From the NCBI GenBank assembly GCA_964016885.1, contig OZ024740.1, forward strand, positions 408,704,001-408,768,000: DNA of 64,000 nt, in the 5' to 3' direction. The notes below the pieces were generated by a model, which was not told the DNA's origin, searched no databases, and saw nothing but the letters and a program-made list of their open reading frames with translations. Positions within the stretch are counted from its first letter, which is position 1; every line of letters starts with the position of its first letter. The translations under genes and the position numbers were made by a program. Positions 50,826 through 63,485 of this stretch are shown piece by piece. Origin of the DNA: Eledone cirrhosa. Its lineage: Eukaryota.

Positions 50826-50970
50826 GGAGCATAGAGTTACTCCCCTTTATGATCTGAGTTCAAATCCTGCCGAGGTTAACTTTGCCTTTCATCCTTAAGG
50901 GGTTGATCAAATAAAGTACCAGTAATGCACTGAGATTATTGCTGGCCTTGTGCCAAAAGTAGAAACAATT
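50826..50970 (+). mobile_element. SINE family A, partial, nested in an old RTE-like LINE remnant (about 50640-51780, -)
   Basis: The SINE body matches family A. The flanking minus strand has IDYEKAFDSIEIPAVL. Confidence 0.7.
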
Positions 50971-51782
50971 ATATGCTCTGCCCATTTTAATTTTCTTTTC
51001 TTGATATATTTTAATGTGTCTTGTCTTGTTTTTTTGCTCTCTTTCCATTGAGAAGATTTTCTGTCCTTTTCAATGATTCCTAACATTTTGCCTTATTCCT
51101 TTATGTTGTTCTAAGCTTCTCTTTCATATTTTCAATGATTCCTAACATTTTGCCTTATTCCTTTATGTTGTTCTAAGCTTCTCTTTCATATTCATGTCTC
51201 TGCTCCATAAGTCATTGTTACTATGACACACTGGTCAAACATTCTGCACTTCAGGCATATTACTATACATGATGTTATGTAATTTACCCCATCCATCTTG
51301 GATTTGTCTTTTTACTCCACCTTTATGGCTACATACTATGTTTACCAGCTGTCTAAGATGAATATTATATACATCAGTTGTTATAGTATCATTGACTTCG
51401 ATGACTTGTTGCATGGCTGTTGGTTGAACATGACTTGCATTTTCTCCATATTTATTTTTAGTCTTACTTTGTTACTTTCGCTGTTCAGTTCATTAAATAT
51501 TTGTTCCAATTCATTAGTATCATTTGAGAAAAGTACTACGTCATCAACAAAGATGCCGCCAGTGCAGCATTAGGGTGTTTAGGAGATACTATATCTCCGT
51601 CATACTCTTCTCATAATATTGATCTTTACTTATTCCGTGAAGTGTTATAGATGATGTACTCTGAATATAGATTTTCTTAATCTGTATACAAGTTTGATGA
51701 ATTCCAGGATCAATAAGAACTTCAAGTACAGCTGGGATTTCAATGCTATCAAAGGCTTTTTCATAATCAATAGAGCCTAAAT

Positions 51783-52005
51783 ACAATGGTGAAGGCATTG
51801 GGCTTGCAATCGAAAGGTTGTGAGTTCAATTTTTGGACAGGGTGATGTGTTGTTTCCTTGAGCAAGACACTTTATTTCAAGTTGCTCCAGTTTACTCAGC
51901 TGTAGAAATGAGATGATAGGACTGGGGTCCCTATCATAAATTACCCAAGACACCTCCAACGAGATATACCTTAGAGGAGGCCAGCTAAACCTGCATCGGT
52001 ATGAG
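51783..52005 (+). mobile_element. SINE family B-related copy
   Basis: GAGTTCAATT...TTCCTTGAGCAAGACACTTTATTTC...GCTCCAG. Confidence 0.6.
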
Positions 52006-52393
52006 TTGTCACACACACACACACAAATACAATGGTTGTCTATATTCTCCATGTTTCTGAATAACTTAGTTCATGACCTGTAGATAGTTGTTAAAAATTC
52101 ATTTCTGAACTCTGCTTGTTCTCCTGGTTTATTGATATCTTAAACAGTCTGGATGCAACATTGGAGAATAGTTTGTATGAGTTAGACAGGAGGCTGATGG
52201 TTTTGTAAGATCTGTAATGTCACCTTTTATATACAATATGATGATGCTGTTGTTTGATATATATAAAATTATAAAACTTTGCAAGCGATACAGAAAAATA
52301 AAAGCTTTAAAAGTACTAAGAGAAATCTTGAATATATATAAATATATATATTCTCGCCTGTGTTCAAACTCTGGCAGTGGAAAGAGGGGAAGG

Positions 52394-52441
52394 GATCATC
52401 CTGATGAGAACCAGTTCAGTTCAAAATGCGCATCAATGATT
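52394..52441 (+). ncRNA. Minimal type I hammerhead with a G12A substitution
   Basis: GATCATC-CTGATGA(52401)-GAAC..GTTC-AAAA-TGCGCA-TC/AATGATT. Confidence 0.6.
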
Positions 52442-52529
52442 GTCCCCCTTGCTTCTTCTGGACACCACAAGGTGGCAATAGCCGAAGGTGTTTTTGCATA
52501 GCTACGGCTTTCTAAATGTTTATTTATAA

Positions 52530-53240
52530 ACATACCGTATTTCTTGATCGAGATAGAAATTGGGCATAAGAGGGATGAGATGCAGTATGCAGGAGAGGAA
52601 ATTGTGTTGGTATGGACATGCGATGTGTATGAAGGATGACAGTTGTATAAAAAGGTGCTGAGCATTCAAAGTTGATGGAAGCTATGAAGTAGGAAGACCT
52701 AGGAAAACTTGGGATGAGGTGATAAAAGCTCACCTTGCACAATTGCACCTCTCAAAGGCTGAGATACAGGACCGAGATCTCTGGTGTTATGCAGTAATAG
52801 AGAAGACCCACATTCCCATGTGCAAGGGTTGAAGCATATATCTAGTATGCAGCACCTTCCATTCCATACACCTCCCACATCCTAACACCCCAGCCATACT
52901 CTAACACCCTACACCTCTAGATCTACCTCCCCAATCTCCATGCACCACCTCATCCAAGTCTCCATCCCTCACTGTAAAGTGGTCATTTTAGTGCCATGAC
53001 AAAAAGCGCCTAGCCTTCACTGTAAAGTGGTCATGTAGGTGTCACAATAAAAGCACCCAGTACACACTGTAAATGTGGTTGATGTTAGGAAGAGCAACCA
53101 GCAATAGGAACCAAACCAGAATCAGTTCTGTATGAGCAAAACAGGGTCACCTGATCCGATTTGTCTCGCAACGGGACAACTCATCTAATCTATGCTAGCA
53201 TGGATAAATGGACGTTAAACGATGATAATGATATTGATGA
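52530..53240 (+). mobile_element. RTE LINE 3' end, diverged
   Basis: It contains WYGHAMCMKDDSCIKRC...GRPRKTWDEVI and the tail GGACGTTAAACGATGAT. Confidence 0.8.
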
Positions 53241-53689
53241 TATATATATATATATATTTTTAGGTAATGAGGCTATAACATTATTAGCTCAACATCACAA
53301 AAGACAAACATCTGAAGTATTAAAGAACACAGTTGTGTCTTCCCCATCCATGATCACTTTGTAGAGAATGACTGGATTTAATCTATTTCTATGACTTTGG
53401 GGATAAAGAAAGTTACAGCTCATAGTCTTTGTATTATTACTACACATAATGTAGATATTGAAGTTGAAAGGCAAAGGAAATTGTGTATGTCAAACAGCAA
53501 AATAAGCATCATTTATAGAATTATAAATTTAATTCTATGAGTGAAATTATCTTTTTTATGATGAATATAAATTCCTTTTAAAATTAATAAGTATATATAT
53601 AAATTAGCATACACACACACAAATATATATACAGTATAATGTTAAACAATGTTGAAATAAGAAAAGCAAAATGAAGTATTAATACATAG

Positions 53690-54805
53690 AGAACCCTGAT
53701 CCCCTCAGTATGTAGGAAAGAAAGGAGGTAGAAATTCCATCCTCTACCCCAAATACAAACTATGAGGACACAAGAGATGTAGTGGGATATCAGGTAGGTT
53801 AGCTAAAAGCGTAGGTTTTAGATGTGGCCATTGCACGGGTGCAGTAAGCAGTAAATGGCCACAGGAAACAAGCACTATCAAATTCTGGGAAGGGTCGGTA
53901 GAAACAGTAGACAATTTAGCTACCTCGGTTACCAAATTAGCAGCAGATGTGGGTGCTCTGAAAGTACAGTAGCTAGAGTAAGAACGGGATGGAAGAAGTT
54001 CAGGGAGCTGCTACCACTGCTAGCTACAAAAGGCTTTTCCCTCAAAATGAAAGGCAGACTGTATGATGCATGCATACAAACAGCAATGTTTCATTATAGT
54101 GAGACCTAGGCACTGTGTGCAGAAGACTTGCATAGATTGGAAAGGAATGAAGCTTGCATGCTTTAATGGATGTGTAATAGTAATATACATAAATAGCAAA
54201 GCATAACCATACTGAGAGAGAAACTAGGCATAAGAGGAATCGGATGCAGTATGCAGGAGAGGAGATTGCTTTGGTAGGAACATGTGTTGCATATGAAGGA
54301 TGGCAGCTCCATAAAAAGGAGCAGAGTGCTCAAAGTCGATGGAAGCCATGGAGTGGTGAGACCCAGGAAGACTTGGGACGAGGTAATAAAAGCTGACCAT
54401 GCCCAATTGCATCTCTCAAAGGCAATAACACAGGACCGAGATCCCTGGCATTACACAAGCATAGGCTGAAGATGAAGCATAATATGCACCATCCACTCCC
54501 ATACATCTTCCATGAGGACAAGCTGAAATATACATCCAGTGAGGCCCCAAGCCCACACTGTAAAGTGGTCGTGTACAGCAAAAAGCACCCAGTCCACACT
54601 GTAAAGTGATTGTGTAGGCATCACGACCAAAAGTACCCTGTACTCACTGTAAATGAGGTTGATACTAGGAAGGGCATCCAGTCGTAGAAACCAAGCCAAA
54701 ATCGGTCCGTATGAGCATGAGATGGTAATCTGACCTAGCACTGCTCACAACAGGATAACTTGTCTAACTCATGCCAGCATGGGTTAGACAAGGGTGATGA
54801 TGATG

Positions 54806-54806
<1 letters not shown>
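53690..54806 (+). mobile_element. RTE LINE 3' half, degenerate
   Basis: It contains FSYLGYQISSRCGCSESTVARVRTGWKKFRELLPLL and ends in a (GAT)n tail. Confidence 0.85.
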
Positions 54807-54842
<36 letters not shown>

Positions 54843-55327
54843 TACCTAATTATGTATGGTTGACCGTATATTTAATTAATTTCCACGTGCTGTAAAAATA
54901 TTGGGTAAATACTCTATAGTGGTTGCACGCGAAGACGCGGCATGGCGTATTTATTTACTGTTTCTTCATAGATGCCTTTTATTCTTATAGCCTGGTCTAA
55001 TTGATTTTTTGTGTGGTTAATTATGCTGATTGGGAGTAGAAATGATGTATATATATTATCAAATAATTCTCTGGACATGCTTTACTCTATAGTATATATA
55101 TATATATCATCATCATCATCATCATTACCGTTTTACGTCCGTTCTTCCACGCTAGCATGGGTTAGACAGGTTGTCCTGTTGTGGGCAGTGTCTGGTTGGC
55201 TGACCATGCCTTGCTCATACAGGAACTGATTTGGCTTGATTTCTACAGCTGGATGCCCTTCCTAACACCATATATATATATATATATTGATATTATTAAA
55301 ATATTAAACAGAAAAAATTAAACAAAA

Positions 55328-56190
55328 TTTCATTTCTCACTCTTAGTACGGCTGTTACTTAAATATAAGTATGTATACGTACATACATATATGTATACAG
55401 ACGTACAGTAGTATGTATATATATATACATACATGCACACATATATATCTACGTATGGATTCTCCAAACATTTATTATAATGCTCGGTGTGTTTGTAAAC
55501 ATCCCGAATTAAGCCGTACAGTGTCTAGCAACCATCGTTACTCATTTGTTCAACGCTGTACTAGTTTCAAGCTTATTAGCTATCGTCAGCAACGTATACC
55601 TTCCTGCCAGATGATTGAACGTCTGAAAGTATATACTTTCCTTATGCATATTAACGGCTGAGCAGCCTAATTTGCATGTATGTATATATATATATACATA
55701 CTACTGTACGTCTGTATACATATATGTATGTACATATACATACTTATATTTAAGTAACAGCCGTACTAAGAGTGAGAAATGAAATTTCGTTTCATTTTTT
55801 CCGTTTATCGTTTTTTCGGTGTGCCCGGCCGATTAACTCACTCGATATGCAAATTAGGCTGCTCAGCTGTTAATATGCATAAGGAAAGTATATACTTTCA
55901 GACGTTCAATCATCTGGCAGGAAGGTATACGTTGCTGACGATAGCTAATAAGCTTGAAACTAGTACAGCGTTCCTTTGTCAGGGTTGAACAAATGAGCAA
56001 CGATGGTTGCTAGACACTGTACGGCTTAATTCGGGATGTTTGTTTGCAAACACACCGAGCATTATAATAAATGTTCGGTGAATCCATACGTACATATATA
56101 TATGTGTGCATATATGTATATGTATATATATATATACATACTACTGTACGTCTGTATACATATATGTATGTACGTATACATACTTATATT
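55328..56190. mobile_element. Compound fold-back element with two hammerhead copies
   Basis: 55328-55436 is inverted at 55673-55787, and about 55360-55675 is inverted at 55848-56190. Confidence 0.8.
55929..55971 (+). ncRNA. Minimal type I hammerhead ribozyme, canonical core (mirror at 55553-55595, minus strand)
   Basis: ACGTTG-CTGACGA(55935)-TAGCTAATAAGCTT-GAAA(55956)-CTAG-TA/CAGCGT. The palindromic ACTAGT stem III is typical of PLE hammerheads. Confidence 0.85.
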
Positions 56191-56302
56191 AAAATATTAA
56201 CAAATGAAAAATATTCTCATAATCAAAATATATACTTTATTATATATATTCCAACACTGGAATTGAATAATCAAGATCGTCCGGTATGTCATATATCAAA
56301 TC

Positions 56303-56374
56303 ATATATTTTGTCTGATGAGGACGTACTGAAAAAACAACACAGTACCTTTGAAATATATATAATAAAGTATAT
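56303..56374 (+). ncRNA. Type I hammerhead in fold-back element 56191-56413
   Basis: ATATATTTTGT-CTGATGA(56314)-GGACGTACTG..CAGTACCTTT-GAAA(56352)-TATATA-TA/ATAAAGTATAT. Stem I is 11 bp, and the triplet is AUA. Confidence 0.75.
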
Positions 56375-56513
56375 ATTTTGACTATGAGAATATTTTTCAT
56401 TTGTTAATATTTTGAATAATATTAAAAACTCCAGGAAAACTTTTTGTTGAGTACTTCTAACCTATTGTAAAATTGTATTCATTGAGTAATCAACGAACCA
56501 TACTAATCTTTGG

Positions 56514-56584
<71 letters not shown>

Positions 56585-57938
56585 TAAATGCATGTGTGTA
56601 GATATATCCATGTCCCAAGTTGAAGGCCAATCATTGGCATGCAGAGAGTTGAAATTTTGCAGAAGATACATTTTATCACAGGTCATCGACTATGTGACGT
56701 TTTTATATAAAAAAATAAATACGAGCAAGATTTTATTTTAGGTTAATTATTTTTTTTTTAGTATTTTTATGAAGCTCAACTTAAACAATCTTCTCAATTG
56801 TTTGGTTGTAGCAATTCCGAGTGAATCAACATTCCTGCATTCCATCACCAGTTGAAAACTGTCATCAAGTTATTAATGTAATTTATTCAAAATGTTTTGA
56901 ATTCATGTGGTTGTATTTAATTTCGGTATTGATAGACCTGGACTAGTCCAGGTCCAGTTGCTTGTAGCAACACACCACTCCCACTTATGGGGATAATTTA
57001 TAGCACTTGCAATTTGTCAGACAAACTCAAGCTTAAATGAAATGTTCAGCCTAATTTGCATAACGTGCATTCATGTGGCAACTTAAATAGAAAATATGTA
57101 TGTACAACACAGCGTATATTAGATAAATTCAATGTAGCTTTTAAATCATAAACCGTGAAAACGAAGAAATGTAAACACTCTTTTATTTATAACTATGTGT
57201 ATGTTTATCTATTCATCTATCTATTAATATATATAATTAGATAAATTACACACACTAATGAAAAAGCTGAATTGGACAAACTTTTATTGGAAAAAAAAAC
57301 CTAAGATATAAAGACAATAGACGATCTTCTTCACTAATATTTGATTGTGTATTAGTAGAACCGTATTAAGGCCAACTGATCACCTTACCACAGCTTCACA
57401 GGTGAATGGAAATAAGATTGCAGAAAGAATAAAAAAAACTAAAAAAAAAATGTAACAATTTATCCAAGAAAAATCTCTCCGGTAAAAAGTGTCACATTTT
57501 AATTAAATACCCTGAGTAATACTGGCTATGATTAAACAAATATTTTAAGTCGCTTATTAACTGGCAAGGAACGCAATGACAACAATTTATGCGATGCATG
57601 AAAACGTACGTGTGAAAAAATAGACAATGCTTTTTATTCAATATTTTAAATTAAATAAAAATAATGAAACAAAAATTAACGTAAAAAGAGAAAATCTTAA
57701 ATCTGTCATTAAGTTTTTCTGTCTTTTTTACCCCTGGATTCGTTCAACGATAGAGGACCCCTCGACCCTGCCATTGTTTAACAAGCTATAATAAATGCTG
57801 AATGTGAAATAAATTCTATTTTTTTCGTTGCTATAACGAACTCATGTATATTGAAATTGATAAGCTGCAGTATATCTAACCACTCTAATCTCAACATGTA
57901 TGCTATCATTGCTGTCGTTTCCTTTCCCTGGCTGAAAC

Positions 57939-58040
57939 GACGAGGTTAACTTTGCCTTTCATCCTTACGGGGTCGATAAAATAAAGCACCAGTAATGTAC
58001 TGATAATTGCTGGCCTTGTGCCAAAAGTAGAAACAATTAT
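57939..58040 (+). mobile_element. SINE family A, 3' part
   Basis: GAGGTTAACTTTGCCTTTCATCCTTACGGGGTCGATAAAATAAAG. Confidence 0.8.
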
Positions 58041-58179
58041 TTACGTAATACTATATAACAATAAGTAATATAAGGAAATTATTTACTTATAAATAAGGAA
58101 AGAGAAAAAAATGTAAATTTGCAATACTTTTAATGGAATCCTAACATTTGCACCACGATAAATCCGGCACTGAAAAAAA

Positions 58180-58899
58180 AAGAAAATTGGCGGTGCCTCT
58201 TCCCTTATTGACCTAAACACGTGCTTATTTTGCTTAATGGTTAATCCGAGCATGTGTATTCGTGTGAAATATCATACGACAATGCATTTACTGTTCTCTT
58301 ATACATAAGTATGTGTATTCAAATGTCGATAGTCGCTCCCACTTACTTTACTCCATCGCTCCACCCTCAGTAGAAGGCTAAAGAGCTAGGTTATCGTATT
58401 TCTGTCATTGTTTTAGCAAACATTTATTATATATTTACTTTGAAATTAATATATTATTCTCAATCAATAACAATTGACTAATTTATAATGACTTTGTAAA
58501 TTGTCTTTTTAAGGCATTTGTATTATCGTCTCTCTGAAGCCGGTACGAAAGTTAAGATTATTACCGGCAAGGTTTGTGATAAGCAAGTCGAGAAGTGACA
58601 ACCTGTGGGCTTTTGTAAATAAGCGACTTTATTCACCCAACACCGATAAGTCTTGTACAGAAAGCAAGTCCCCTGTAACGGGGAAGCGCTCTCTTTTTGA
58701 CTTCTCAATATTATATTTCAATCAACAGCACAAGAGTTGTTACATGTTTTTAACCTAACAGCTTGATAGTAGTGTTTACTAAAATACTGTTTGTGTGAGA
58801 AGTTATTTTATTCAATTCGTCTCAAAGGTGTAGCTGTTGATAGATTGAGAGTTGGAAAACAGCGTGAGTGTGTGTGACCTTGACACACACTCACAAAAT
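58180..58899 (+). promoter_or_regulatory. Probable promoter / 5' UTR of the Ste20 kinase gene
   Basis: This repeat-free, relatively CpG-retaining stretch lies directly upstream of the ATG. The TSS cannot be determined from sequence. Confidence 0.4.
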
Positions 58900-58954
58900 A
58901 TGGCTGATAAATGGCCCAACACGAAGGATGCTTTTGAGCTGAGAGATGTTATCG
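58900..58954 (+). CDS. fray: First coding exon of a Ste20-family kinase, Frayed/OSR1/SPAK orthologue
   Basis: AAAAT-ATG-G gives MADKWPNTKDAFELRDVI-G, followed by a perfect donor GTAAGT (58955). This closely resembles, from recall, Drosophila Fray WPNSKDDYELRDVIG and human OXSR1 WSINRDDYELQEVIG just before the Gly-rich loop. Confidence 0.85.
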
Positions 58955-60047
58955 GTAAGTCCTGAACTACCTTTCATATTTCTCTTCCTCTTTCAGAATC
59001 TTCCTTCTCGTTATAAATCTACATATCTAAAATGTATTTCCTTAACATGCTTTCATTTCAACTTCTTCTTATCAATAAAAAACAAAAATCTGTCATGTTA
59101 TTTCTCACACTTCTCTCCTATTAATCTTTAAAAAATAACTGTTTTACTAGTTATATTTCAGCGGTATGTGAATCATATTAACTCATTCGTTTTACTTTCT
59201 TTGTTCATAACTATGCAGTGATATGTTATTTTATCGTAGTAAATTTTTCTTGCTGATTTCGTAATCATATCGATTAACTTTCCACTCATTAATTGCTTTA
59301 TAAGTGAGTTACCAGTGAAATACCGAACGTACTTCAGTACGTAAGCAGTTGCTCTATAATATCCCCAAATCCAAACACTATTCTAGAAACTGGTGTAATA
59401 GTTTAACACACTCTTACATCTTCGTGTATGCACTTACTGGTTGTTGTAATATCTATATTATGTTATGTATATGTATGAGCTCTGAGAAATCAATATTTAC
59501 ATATGATTGTTATGAGAAGCAATCGTTGAGACTTTGTACATTTATAAACCCTGTCTTTCATAATATTGCTAAAAATTAAATAAACTAAAACAAAATCTAT
59601 TAATTTTGATAGAATCACAGACACATACATACAGATAGACACCTGCGCACACTCACGAACACAGGCACATGCATACCTATAATCAGACGAGCATAAAGCT
59701 GTCGGTAATTTATATTACACGAAACGGACTCGATTTCCTAAGCAACTTTTCTAACCCTGTTAAACAATGTCCACACACTCGCGCGTATATGTATGTATGA
59801 ATGTGTGTGTATATATAATATATACACACAGGTATAGATGTAACAGGCACAAGGCCAGAGATTTGGGATGTTGATATATTCCATTAAATCGATTATTATA
59901 TTTATATATATGTAACAATATATTTTTAGAATTTAGCCAGCAATAATAGATGTAAACTTCAGTAATATATGCCTTTGTTACGGTGGCTAAAATGCATTTC
60001 ACACACTCTAAATTACACAGTTCATCACTCACATCTCTATGTGTGTG

Positions 60048-60093
<46 letters not shown>

Positions 60094-61180
60094 GTGTGTG
60101 TACATATATATATAATAAGTATAGAAAACATACATAATATATATATATATATATATAGATCTCGTTTAAAATCTCGTGGGTGATCCACTAGAAAGTATGG
60201 ATCAGTCCGCATCTGTTAAACTAGACCCTGACTTTGTAATTAAAATACTTATTTCATCCAACTATTTTGGCTTAGATTTTATTCCCCTTTTCTCTTCGTC
60301 TTCTTGAAATCCTTATAAGGGTCTACTAATGATTATATTGTTGTTGTTTTTTTTGTCGCTGTTACTTCGTCTTTTTGTGTTTTGTTTTCTATTCAATGAT
60401 CCGCTAAGCAATATTTTTAGTAGCTAGACTTAATCCGTTGCCCAGTTTAACATCATAAAATGACCCTTGTGTGTCTTAATCAGTCTATTTTGTTGCGAGC
60501 CTTCCCAAGTCTCCAGATTGAAAAAAAAAAGAACTTTCTTCCCCCTTAACATAAAAAACAAACATTTAAAACAATGATACATCTTATTGTTTATCCTTTT
60601 GTTACGAACCCTTTCTAAACCATTGAAACAAACAACCCATTTTAAAGGGTTCCTATTATTTAATTTTAATTCTTCCAACAATTTTATTTAAGAATCACAT
60701 ATTAAGTTGCTATCTTACTAATGAAATAATTATTAAAAAAAAAAAAAAATCCTTCAAAACTCTTCATTAATAAATTGAAATAAAGTATATTTCATTAGAA
60801 ATACTGTCACGCAAAAGTTATGGTATTATATTAGCAACATGGATATTTTCTTTAACACATAGAGCTCTTATATTAACAATGCTTAGGAGAATGTAACTTT
60901 GCAATGTTTATCCCTTTCCTACTTTCCAATTGGTAAATGAAATTGTTATGCAGACTCAGAACTTAATCCATGTGTTAAGGTAAAAAGACATTCACTATTG
61001 AATCTTTCGCTGTTAGCCACTCTCCACGCACCCCTCCGTTAAAAAAAGTAGAATATATAATTAATTCATACATGGATTTTATGTTCATACTTGGTAGAAA
61101 AATCGAAACCAGATGGATAGAACTTAATCTGCTAATCTTAAAATGTCTACACAGTTTTACTGTGTGTGTGTGTGTGTGTA

Positions 61181-61204
<24 letters not shown>

Positions 61205-61212
<8 letters not shown>

Positions 61213-61726
61213 AGATCAAAAGATGGTTAAAGGAGTTCAATATATTTTATTATGCGCATTTCAAAAACAAACATCATCAAACAATAATATTTGTGTTTTC
61301 ATCAGATAAAACAGGAGAACATGATATGAAGGCTAAAAAAACACTTGTTGATAGTGCAGTTTTAAATCAACATATGAAAAGTGGTTTTAGATTGATGTGT
61401 GATATTGGGAAAAATATTTTATTTAGAGAGGGGGGGAGAGAAAAGGATGAAAAGGGAAGGAGATGATCTCCTTCCCTTTTCATCCTTTTCTCTCCCCCCC
61501 CTCTCTAAATAAAATATTTTTCCCAATATCACACATCAATCTAAAACCACTTTTCATATGTTGATTTAAAACTGCACTATCAACAAGTGTTTTTTTAGCC
61601 TTCATATCATGTTCTCCTGTTTTATCTGATGAAAACACAAATATTATTGTTTGATGATGTTTGTTTTTGAAATGCGCATAATAAAATATATTGAACTCCT
61701 TTAACCATCTTTTGATCTTATATTAT
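61205..61726. mobile_element. Near-perfect 520-bp palindrome (260-bp arms, centre about 61465), Penelope pLTR-derived
   Basis: By eye the arms differ only by a 1-bp indel in a G/C run. The left flank is (TG)n(TA)n. Confidence 0.9.
61619..61687 (+). ncRNA. Type I hammerhead ribozyme (mirror at about 61244-61312, minus strand)
   Basis: GTTTTAT-CTGATGA(61626)-AAACA...TGTTTTT-GAAA(61669)-TGCGCA-TA/ATAAAAT. Stem III is palindromic, and the triplet is AUA. Confidence 0.8.
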
Positions 61727-61835
61727 GCATACTCCAGTCCCACAAACTGTAGAGTGCTTCTTATCCGATATCTGCATTGCTTTATTGTACTACAATAAAA
61801 CTCACCTCCTACATTTATATATATATATATATAGA

Positions 61836-62020
61836 TTGTTTCTATTTTTGGCACAAGGCCAGCAATTATCCCAGTGTATTACTGGTACTTTATTTTATCG
61901 ACCCCGCAAGGATGAAAGTTAACCTCGGCGTGATTTGAACTCAGACCATAAAGAGCTGTAACTCTTTGCTGCAAAGCATGGCGTCCGACCCTCTACCGAT
62001 ACTGCCAATCCACCGCCCTA
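61836..62020 (-). mobile_element. tRNA-derived SINE family A
   Basis: It matches 1826-2012. Confidence 0.85.
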
Positions 62021-62027
62021 ATAATAT

Positions 62028-62585
62028 CTTCATCATCATCATCACCACCGTTCAACGTCCGTTTTTCCACGCTAGCATGGGTTAGACGAGTTGTCCTGTT
62101 GTGAGCAATGCCAGGTCAGGTGACCATATCTTGCTCATACAGAACTGATTCTGGCTTGGTTTCTACAGCTGGATGCCCTTCCTAACGCCAACCTCATTTA
62201 CAGTGTGGACAAGGTGCTTTTTCTTGTGACACACAACCACTTTGCAGTGTGGGCTGGAGGCTTCACTGGCTGTATATGTCAGCTTGTCTTCATGGGAGTG
62301 GGTGTGGTAGTGCAAACTATATATATGCTTCAGTTTTGGCCTGTACCCGTGGGAAGTCAGGTCTTCTGTATTACTGAAATGCCAGAGATCTTGGTCTTAT
62401 GTCATCGCCTTTGAGAGGTGCAATTGGACAAGGTCAGCTTTTATCACCTTGTCCCAAGTCTTACTGAGTCCCTCCCTCCAAGGCTTCCATTGACTGTGAG
62501 CGCTCTGCACCTTTTATACAGCTGTCATCCTTCATATGCATCACATGTCCATATCAACACAATCTCCTCTCCTGCACACTGCATC
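62028..62585 (-). mobile_element. RTE LINE 3' end; further fragment at 63075-63315
   Basis: It is the reverse complement of the 52530 / 53690 family, including the tail. Confidence 0.8.
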
Positions 62586-62650
62586 TATATATATATCTGT
62601 AACAAAGTGTTGTAATTTGCATTGTGGAATTATTTCACAATATATATATA

Positions 62651-62966
62651 TATCACATAAGAAACGGAGAATCAGTGTTGCGACGAATAGAATTTATTAG
62701 ACATATTACAATTGTTTCTCTGGCAACCAGCTCGAGGCACGATCGTTGCGATGATCGAACCTCACTCTGAAATCGCAAGATCCTCAGATACGTCTCGATT
62801 CTACTCTGCTTCGTAGAATTGAGACATATCTGAGGATCTTGTAATTTCAGAGTCAGGTTCGATCATTGCATCGATCGTGCCTCGAGCTGGTCGCCAGAGA
62901 AACGATTGTAATATGTCTAATAAATTTTATTTGTCGCAACACTGATTCTCTGTTTCTTATGTGATA
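62651..62966. mobile_element. Fold-back of a Penelope 3' end (154-bp arms, 8-nt loop)
   Basis: The arms match the 3' end (6218-6365) of the RT-bearing PLE fragment. Confidence 0.85.
62823..62917 (+). ncRNA. Type I hammerhead with extended stem II
   Basis: GACATAT-CTGAGGA(62830)-TCT...AGA-GAAA(62899)-CGATTG-TA/ATATGTC. Stem I is a perfect 7 bp. The other arm has the palindromic ACAATTGT. Confidence 0.75.
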
Positions 62967-63485
62967 TTATACTCTGCTCTGTAAGAGCAGCGAGTGCTCA
63001 AACGGCCTACCGCTTACGGACGCTTTAAGCATCCCACACCAATTATATATATATATATTATATATATATTTTACAACCTCCCTCCACTCTTAATGTTCCT
63101 TTGTCATTTCTTCTGTGAGGTTGACTTTTGAGATCAACTCTAACTACCTCTGTCCAGATTTTTCTTGGTCCATCCTTTACCCAACTTCCATCTGCTGGTA
63201 TCTTTTCACCCATACTCATGTCCAAACCAGTATAGTATTATCTCTTGCAGACATCTGATCCCTCTTATACCTAGTTATTCTCTCACTTCATCCATGAACT
63301 CTAATATTACACATCGATATGTATATATTAAAAATTAACTATTAACATAAGCACAAATGATATCCCAATTAGTAGTCATTTCATTGTCACTATATTTGAC
63401 AGAGTTTATAAGTTCATCAGTTACGTATTTCTATGTAGTTGTTTGAGTTATGTAGATATTCTCTGATGAGATATACACAGCTAGT

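Noticed and set aside
63365-63430. Minus-strand CTGATGA...GAAA motif
   Set aside because: No convincing stem I or III could be formed.
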